Positions 20,325-25,524 of a DNA stretch of 32,000 nt are shown piece after piece. Origin of the DNA: Candidatus Saccharimonadota bacterium (GTDB taxonomy: Bacteria > Patescibacteriota > Saccharimonadia > Saccharimonadales > UBA4665); the NCBI GenBank assembly GCA_003516025.1, contig CP023991.1, forward strand, positions 781,374-813,373, written 5' to 3'. Below the pieces are notes generated by a model, which was not told the origin of the DNA, did no database searches, and saw only the letters and a program-made list of their open reading frames with translations. The position numbers were made by a program, and so were the translations under genes. Every line of letters begins with the position of its first letter. Position 1 is the stretch's first letter.

Positions 20325-20408
20325 TTATTCGTGGACCCCCGCAGTATTCGTGGACATGACAAGCAGATAAGCGAATAGCCTTAAGGTTGTCATGGGTACT
20401 TTTACCAT
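20325..20408 (-). CDS. Candidate small ORF (27 aa, MVKVPMTTLRLFAYLLVMSTNTAGVHE) with strong SD
   Basis: On the minus strand GGGAG (reverse complement of 20416-20420) lies 7 nt upstream of the ATG (20408). The ORF has a hydrophobic core. Its start codon lies in a local hairpin (20391-20409). It is too short to validate statistically. Confidence 0.3.
   Translation of the reverse strand: MVKVPMTTLRLFAYLLVMSTNTAGVHE
20326..20355 (+). repeat. Two direct copies of TATTCGTGGAC spaced 19 bp apart
   Basis: Copies at 20326-20336 and 20345-20355. The second copy runs into the 19-bp hairpin arm. Confidence 0.6.
20352..20370. repeat. Internal arm GGACATGACAAGCAGATAA, perfect 19-bp inverted repeat partner of 20435-20453
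   Basis: The exact reverse complement lies at 20435-20453, leaving a 64-nt loop that contains the small-ORF start region. Confidence 0.85.
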
Positions 20409-20422
20409 GTGTTTTCTCCCTT

Positions 20423-20453
20423 TTGTCTCTTCTTTTATCTGCTTGTCATGTCC
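20423..20453. repeat. Right inverted arm of the island (TTGTCTCTTCTTTTATCTGCTTGTCATGTCC)
   Basis: It pairs either with the local arm at 20352-20370 (19 bp) or with the distal left arm at 19524-19553 (24 bp). Confidence 0.8.
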
Positions 20454-20503
20454 GCTTCTACGATTACATCATCGTACTGATGAGTCCCTCAGGACGAAAA
20501 GCG
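20453..20503 (+). ncRNA. Type III hammerhead self-cleaving ribozyme motif
   Basis: Helix III pairs CGCUU (20453-57) with AAGCG (20499-503). C17 is at 20458. Helix I pairs UACGAU (20459-64) with AUCGUA (20471-76) around the loop UACAUC. The core CUGAUGA is at 20477-83. Helix II pairs GUCC with GGAC around the loop CUCA (20484-95). GAA is at 20496-98. All invariant core positions, the G10.1-C11.1 pair and the A15.1-U16.1 pair are present. Confidence 0.8.
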
Positions 20504-20510
20504 TTTGCAT

Positions 20511-20543
20511 TACAATAACCGCCATATACTGGCGGTTATTGTA
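20511..20543. terminator. 13-bp perfect hairpin, probable terminator/insulator between the island (+) and the pcsB-like gene (-)
   Basis: TACAATAACCGCC (20511-23) pairs with GGCGGTTATTGTA (20531-43) around a 7-nt loop. The flanks are only moderately U-rich on either strand. Confidence 0.5.
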
Positions 20544-20556
20544 ATCTGTTATTAGC

Positions 20557-21714
20557 TTAGAAGTGGATGAATACCAGGCCGGTGGTATAGCGCCAACCTT
20601 CGGAGTAGCGGCCATCATAGCTGGCATTATACTGGCTGACGTACACAGCCTGCTGGCCATTGATAGTACCAACCTGCTCTACATACATGGCATGACCCCA
20701 CGTACCAGCGTTGCTGATGGCGATTGAACCGGGCGTCGGGCTTGAGTCAACCGGGATACCGGCGCGCATGGCGTTTTCATCCCATTGGTTAGCATTTCCA
20801 ACACCGCCCCAATACGGCATATCATGGCTGTTCTGGCCGGCTAGAAAGTCCTGGTGAACCTTGAAAGCGGTGTACGAAACACACTCTCGGTTATACATGC
20901 CCCAGCTGTCAATTACGGAATCCTGACCGATATTACACCACTTGGCCGGGTAACCACCGCCGCAGTTGACGCCTGTACCGGCAGGCCCGATGTTATAACG
21001 GGTGTTGGCGATAATCTGCTGCCTACGTAGTTCTGCGATCTTAGAGCTGTTAGAAGCAATTTGTGAATTATATGAATCCTTTTGCGCCTGAGTATAGGCC
21101 AGCATGTCGGCCTGTTGCTGCCGGTCGGCTGCCAGCTGGGCCTGCTGGGTCTTCTGGCTTTCAATCAAACCGTCAACCTGGGTCTTCTTCTGCTTGAGCT
21201 GGTTCTGTAGTTTGGCGATCTTAGTCAGTGAAGCCTGGATGTTCTTTTGTACGGCATTGCGGTACTCTTCTTTATCTACGAATTCACTAAGGTTCTTGCT
21301 GGTAGCGAGCATTTCGACGGTTGAGATATCGCCGTCAACATACATAGCTTTAATATCAGCTCCGAGCAGGGCGCGCTCGCTGTCAATTCGCGTTTGCATA
21401 GTAGTGATTTCGACCTGCAAAGCGGCCTGCTCTGCCTGGTTGGCGCTAATCTGGGCCTGTACGGCATCAATCTGCCCCTGCAACTTACTGATGGCATCCT
21501 GATAACTGTTAGCCTGTGACTGCAGCGCGTCGACACTTGTCTGCGCCTGGGCGTTTTGTTCGCGGAGCGCGTTCATCTGGTCATCATACTGATCAGCCAA
21601 GGCTACCCGGGTGATAGTGCCGCCAACGACTAAAACACTGACCACTAACACCGCGGCCAGGTGGCTGGCGCGGCCAAAAATAAACGATTTTTTACTGTTT
21701 TTTGGTTGTTTCAT
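20557..21714 (-). CDS. PcsB-like secreted peptidoglycan hydrolase: signal anchor + long coiled coil + C-terminal CHAP domain
   Basis: I chose the start MKQPKNSKK (ATG 21714). A TM/signal segment is followed by Gln/Ala-rich heptad-like repeats. The CHAP Cys lies in NRECVSYTAFKV and the His in WGHAMYVEQV. The gene is directly downstream of ftsEX. Confidence 0.8.
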   Translation of the reverse strand: MKQPKNSKKSFIFGRASHLAAVLVVSVLVVGGTITRVALADQYDDQMNALREQNAQAQTSVDALQSQANSYQDAISKLQGQIDAVQAQISANQAEQAALQVEITTMQTRIDSERALLGADIKAMYVDGDISTVEMLATSKNLSEFVDKEEYRNAVQKNIQASLTKIAKLQNQLKQKKTQVDGLIESQKTQQAQLAADRQQQADMLAYTQAQKDSYNSQIASNSSKIAELRRQQIIANTRYNIGPAGTGVNCGGGYPAKWCNIGQDSVIDSWGMYNRECVSYTAFKVHQDFLAGQNSHDMPYWGGVGNANQWDENAMRAGIPVDSSPTPGSIAISNAGTWGHAMYVEQVGTINGQQAVYVSQYNASYDGRYSEGWRYTTGLVFIHF

Positions 21715-21902
21715 TGTTTTTGTATTAAAACGTGATGTTTTTATGTTTTGAGAATACACCCTAAATATACCACACTTCATCAGCAATGTAAATAACCCTC
21801 TTATGCTTAGCGACAAGCGTTTCCTGCCTCGATTTACAGCCGGAGACACTCACCGTTCCACCGTGAGGAAATGGACGTGTAATAAATGTTGACGTTTCTG
21901 TC

Positions 21903-22847
21903 TTATTTCGTTTTGAATTTGAGATACCGCTGGGTAGCAATCACGGAAGAAGCGGCTCCTATCAGCATACCAACGAAAATCTGCATCAGCAAGAGCACCC
22001 AGAAGTGCTGGTCGAAGTAGCGGTTGGCATAGGAGATGTCCAGCAAACCGAGACTGCTGGCCTGCAGCGCGGAGCTTGCCGCCACGAATACCGAGTTAAT
22101 CAGCAACAGCGACAGAATCGCCGACAACACACCATACAGGATGCTTTCCACTACGAATGGACCCCGAATAAACCACGTGCCTGCCCCGAGCAGCCGCTCG
22201 ATTTGGATTTCATCACGGCGGTTAAAGATTGCCATCTGGATGGTATTGAAGATAATCAGAGCCGAAATGACCGCGAAGACAACTACCGCGATGACACCAA
22301 CGCGGCGCAGAATATTGGTGGCGTGCGTGATGTTATCGATCGCCTTCTTTCGCTCACCGGAGTAGGACGGCGAACCTTCAGTCTGCAAGGCGGCGTTTTC
22401 TTTGGTCGTCAGAAAAGTCCGGACATCCTCGATTTTATTGAGATCCTTAGGTTTAACGCGGATGGTAGCCGGTATGGGATTACCGGAAACTGTGGCAGCG
22501 GTAAGCAGGCTTTGGTTGCCGGCATTCTGCTTGGCATAGGCAGCCAGAGCATCTTCTTTGTCCAGATAGGTTACCGAGGCTATATTGGGCTGCTTTTTCA
22601 ATTCGGAGACCAGTTTTTGAGCCTGGGCTTCGTTAACTTCGTCTTTCAGGAAGACCGAGACGTCGATTTTATCCGTAATCTGAGCGATGGTATTACTAAA
22701 GGTGGCGTTAGCGATAATTGAAAACAGTACGATAGTAAGCGTCACTACCATTACCGCCATAGCAGCGATCGCCAAACTGGCGTTACGGATAAAGCTAAGG
22801 AAACCGGCATGGATGATGCGGCCGAGGGTTATAAACTTACGTTTCAT
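21903..22847 (-). CDS. ftsX: Cell division permease-like protein FtsX
   Basis: 314 aa with one N-terminal TM, a periplasmic domain and three C-terminal TMs. The start overlaps the ftsE stop by 4 nt. Confidence 0.9.
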   Translation of the reverse strand: MKRKFITLGRIIHAGFLSFIRNASLAIAAMAVMVVTLTIVLFSIIANATFSNTIAQITDKIDVSVFLKDEVNEAQAQKLVSELKKQPNIASVTYLDKEDALAAYAKQNAGNQSLLTAATVSGNPIPATIRVKPKDLNKIEDVRTFLTTKENAALQTEGSPSYSGERKKAIDNITHATNILRRVGVIAVVVFAVISALIIFNTIQMAIFNRRDEIQIERLLGAGTWFIRGPFVVESILYGVLSAILSLLLINSVFVAASSALQASSLGLLDISYANRYFDQHFWVLLLMQIFVGMLIGAASSVIATQRYLKFKTK

Positions 22848-23578
22848 GACGACCGCCGGTAAACCTGATTATTGTGCGCGGACGAATTAATCGCGCCGGT
22901 CGGACGGGTGGCGTTAGCCCGGTCACTGGCGATACGTCCATGCTCTATGGTTACCACGCGCCGCTTCAGACGCTGCACGATTTCCATGTTATGAGTCGTC
23001 AGTAGCACGGTGGTGCCGTAACGGTTGATCTTTTCCAATATTTTGATGACGTCCCAGGCGTGCTTGGGGTCGAGGTTACCGGTTGGCTCATCGGCAATCA
23101 AAATCTTTGGCTGGCGCACAATAGCCCGGGCAATGGCGACGCGCTGACGCTCGCCACCGGATAACTGCATCGGCATAGCCCGCTCTTTACCCTTGAGGTT
23201 CACGATATCCAGTACCCGTGGCACCGTATGTTGGATTTCACGCTTGCCCATACCAACGATCTCCAGGGCAAAAGCCACATTTTCGAAGACAGTCTTATTG
23301 GGCAGCAGTTTAAAATCCTGGAAAACAGTGCCGATCTTTCGGCGCAGGAGCGGAATATCCTTATCACGTAATTTGTCGTAGTCGACACCACCAATAATAA
23401 TCTTGCCGCTGCTCGGCCGTTCTTCACGAGTCAGCAAGCGTAGCAACGTTGTTTTTCCGGCACCACTCTGCCCTACCACAATCACGAATTCGCGCGGTTC
23501 AACGTGGAGTGATATACGGTCAAGCGACGGCGTGCCGCCCTTGAGATACGTCTTGGTTACCCTGTCCAACAAAATCAT
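22844..23578 (-). CDS. ftsE: Cell division ATP-binding protein FtsE
   Basis: 244 aa with Walker A GQSGAGKTTLL, ABC signature LSGGERQRVAIARA and Walker B ILIADEPTGNLD. TATAAT (reverse complement of 23586-23591) lies 7 nt upstream of the ATG. Confidence 0.93.
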   Translation of the reverse strand: MILLDRVTKTYLKGGTPSLDRISLHVEPREFVIVVGQSGAGKTTLLRLLTREERPSSGKIIIGGVDYDKLRDKDIPLLRRKIGTVFQDFKLLPNKTVFENVAFALEIVGMGKREIQHTVPRVLDIVNLKGKERAMPMQLSGGERQRVAIARAIVRQPKILIADEPTGNLDPKHAWDVIKILEKINRYGTTVLLTTHNMEIVQRLKRRVVTIEHGRIASDRANATRPTGAINSSAHNNQVYRRSS

Positions 23579-23629
23579 TAGCTTTATTATAGCAAACTGA
23601 CTTGAGCCTTTGCTGAATTTTGCAAGAAG

Positions 23630-24718
23630 TTACTTATTTCCGAGGGAGTATTCGAGATACGCGTTCACTAAAGCATCCAGGTTGCCGTCCAATACGCCGT
23701 CAACATCACTGGTCTCATAGCGGCTGCGCACGTCTTTCACCTGTTTATACGGATGCAGCACGTAACTGCGGATCTGATTGCCCCAGGCGGCCTGTTCGTT
23801 CGGACCTTTCAGTTCGGAGACAGCTTCGGTATGTTGTTCCATCTGGAGTTGCGCCAGGCGTGAGCGCAGGATAGTCATGGCGGTTTCCCTATTTTGCAGT
23901 TGGCTGCGCTCATTTTGAATGGCCACCACGATGCCCGTTGGCAGGTGTGTAATCCGTACCGCGCTGTCGGTAGTGTTTACGCTTTGGCCGCCATGGCCAC
24001 CGCTGCGGTAGACATCTATCTTAAGGTCCTTATCATCAATGGCAACTTCGTCCGGTTGGTCGATTTTTGGCATAACCTCTACTTTGGCGAAACTGGTCTG
24101 GCGCAGATTATCAGAGTTAAACGGGCTTAAGCGAACCAAACGATGTACGCCATGCTCCCCTTTTAATTTACCGAAGGCAAATGAACCGCCAACCTCAATC
24201 GTCACGCTTTTAATGCCTGCCTCATCGCCACTTGACTCTTCGACGGTCGCCACTGTGAAATGTGACTTTTCACAGAACCGGACGTACATGCGTAACAGCA
24301 TGCCAGCCCAGTCCTGGGCATCCGTGCCACCGGCGCCGGCATGAAGACTCAGCAGGCAGTCATAATTATCATAAGGGCCGTTCAGCTTGAGTTCTTCTTT
24401 CAACGCGTCAAAAGCAGCCTGTAATTGCTCAGTTTGAGCCGTTAGGTCTGCCAGCAGCGTATCGTCTCCCAACTGCGCCAGTTCCGCGACATCGGCAATA
24501 CCCTGGCGTAATTGAATCCATGGGGTAACCCTGGCCTCAAGCTTGGAAATGTCTTTCATGACCGACTGGGCGCGGCTGTTATCCTGCCAAAAGTCAGCCG
24601 TCTGGCTTTCTTGCCGCATACCTGTAAGACGGTAAGATAACTGCGCTATACCGAGACGCTCAACCGCTTCAGCAACTTGTTTTTGAAGAGCTAAAATGTC
24701 TGTTTCGATATCATGCAC
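23630..24718 (-). CDS. prfB: Peptide chain release factor 2 (single uninterrupted frame)
   Basis: 362 aa with the SPF tripeptide (RLSPFNSD) and the GGQ motif (GGHGGQSVN). GTG start 6 nt downstream of TATAAT (reverse complement of 24725-24730). Confidence 0.93.
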   Translation of the reverse strand: MHDIETDILALQKQVAEAVERLGIAQLSYRLTGMRQESQTADFWQDNSRAQSVMKDISKLEARVTPWIQLRQGIADVAELAQLGDDTLLADLTAQTEQLQAAFDALKEELKLNGPYDNYDCLLSLHAGAGGTDAQDWAGMLLRMYVRFCEKSHFTVATVEESSGDEAGIKSVTIEVGGSFAFGKLKGEHGVHRLVRLSPFNSDNLRQTSFAKVEVMPKIDQPDEVAIDDKDLKIDVYRSGGHGGQSVNTTDSAVRITHLPTGIVVAIQNERSQLQNRETAMTILRSRLAQLQMEQHTEAVSELKGPNEQAAWGNQIRSYVLHPYKQVKDVRSRYETSDVDGVLDGNLDALVNAYLEYSLGNK

Positions 24719-24761
24719 TCTAGCATTATATCAGCCGGCTGGCAGAGACGGCTCAGTCAGG

Positions 24762-25469
24762 CTAATTGCCGCCGAGGAATGGCAAGTCCTGCAAAGAGGT
24801 TGGGCCGCCAATGGAAAGCCAGTAAAGAATGATACCGGCTACAATTAATCCGGCAGCTATGAGAGCCACGATATACCACAGCTTGTTAGAGCGCCGGGCA
24901 CCCCATACCTGCCGGGTATTAGCACTATATATCGTCTGAGGGCTGTTTTCTGATTCTGCTTGAGCCACGAAGGTATTTTCTGTGACCGTGCCGGTATCTG
25001 CGGCGTTAGCCGCCGGCTCCACGGGCTGGATTGGCGCAGCCGTCAGCATGACGGGCGGCGCCAAAGGCTGGGCAGCGGGTGCCGGCGCAGGCGTAGGTGA
25101 TGGCACGAACTGCGCAGGTGCCGGTGGTTGGGATGCCTGGTACGGGGCAGCAGGCTGGGCCGGCGGTTGCGGGGCGGCCACTGGTACCTGGGGCGCGTAA
25201 TTTGGCACGATTGCCGGAGCAGCCTGTACCTGTTGTACCGGCACAGGCTGAGGTGGTTGTGGTGTTTGAGATACCGGCGGAGTCATCCGCACGGGAGCGC
25301 CCGGCTGCTGAATTACGAGCGGCTGTGGCGCCGGAACCGGCGCTTCAATAGGAATCGGCTGGGCATACTCAGGCGCCTGCGGCTGGCCTGGCAAATGAGG
25401 CACAGAACCCGGCGGCGCCACAGGAGTGCCGGAAGGTATATTAATTGGATTAGTCGGATTTTCCGGCAT
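24762..25469 (-). CDS. Proline-rich low-complexity protein with single C-terminal transmembrane helix
   Basis: 235 aa. About 170 residues are Pro/Ala/Gln/Val-rich, followed by the TM segment LWYIVALIAAGLIVAGIILYWL. TATAAT (reverse complement of 25479-25484) lies 9 nt upstream of the ATG. Confidence 0.55.
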   Translation of the reverse strand: MPENPTNPINIPSGTPVAPPGSVPHLPGQPQAPEYAQPIPIEAPVPAPQPLVIQQPGAPVRMTPPVSQTPQPPQPVPVQQVQAAPAIVPNYAPQVPVAAPQPPAQPAAPYQASQPPAPAQFVPSPTPAPAPAAQPLAPPVMLTAAPIQPVEPAANAADTGTVTENTFVAQAESENSPQTIYSANTRQVWGARRSNKLWYIVALIAAGLIVAGIILYWLSIGGPTSLQDLPFLGGN

Positions 25470-25524
25470 GATAAGCCTATTATAAACCGCTTATAGTAAA
25501 AAGCGCCACTATGAACTTAAATCA

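Noticed and set aside
20326-20355. CRISPR-like repeat
   Set aside because: There are only two copies of an 11-bp repeat with an 8-bp spacer, which is far from CRISPR repeat/spacer dimensions. No cas genes are present.
19659-20362. Minus-strand ORFs of 121 aa and 124 aa inside the GC-rich block
   Set aside because: High-GC DNA lacks stop codons in several frames. The codon-position GC pattern (nearly all third positions G/C) fits only the plus-strand frame starting at 19683. The antisense translations are Arg/Leu/Gly-rich low-complexity sequence.
19437-20556. Obelisk- or viroid-like element (~1 kb unit, ~200-aa ORF, type III hammerhead)
   Set aside because: The size, ORF and ribozyme combination is reminiscent. 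However, the unit is embedded in chromosomal DNA and only one ribozyme of one polarity is present. Complementarity is limited to the ~30-nt ends rather than forming a genome-length rod, and I see no Oblin-like motif. It stays a remote analogy only.
19437-20556. Insertion sequence, integron cassette or retron
   Set aside because: There is no transposase, integrase or reverse transcriptase ORF. I could not find attC core sites (RYYYAAC / GTTRRRY). The possible target-site duplication (GTC at 19518-19520 and 20450-20452) is too short to be meaningful. Only a non-autonomous element remains plausible.
21777-21783. CUGAUGA core on the minus strand upstream of the pcsB-like gene, and another inside pyrG at 17781-17787
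   Set aside because: Neither is followed by a helix II hairpin closed by C-GAAA, and no helix I or III partners exist. These are chance heptamers.
22005-22721. 238-aa plus-strand ORF antisense to ftsX, and the similar 90-aa ORF 15664..15936 antisense to rpmA
   Set aside because: Both lie wholly inside confidently identified genes on the other strand and have no recognisable family or translation signals.
23630-24718. Programmed +1 frameshift site in prfB
   Set aside because: RF2 is encoded in one uninterrupted 362-codon frame from GTG 24718, with no in-frame UGA near codon 25. A sizeable minority of bacteria lack the frameshift, so this is unremarkable.
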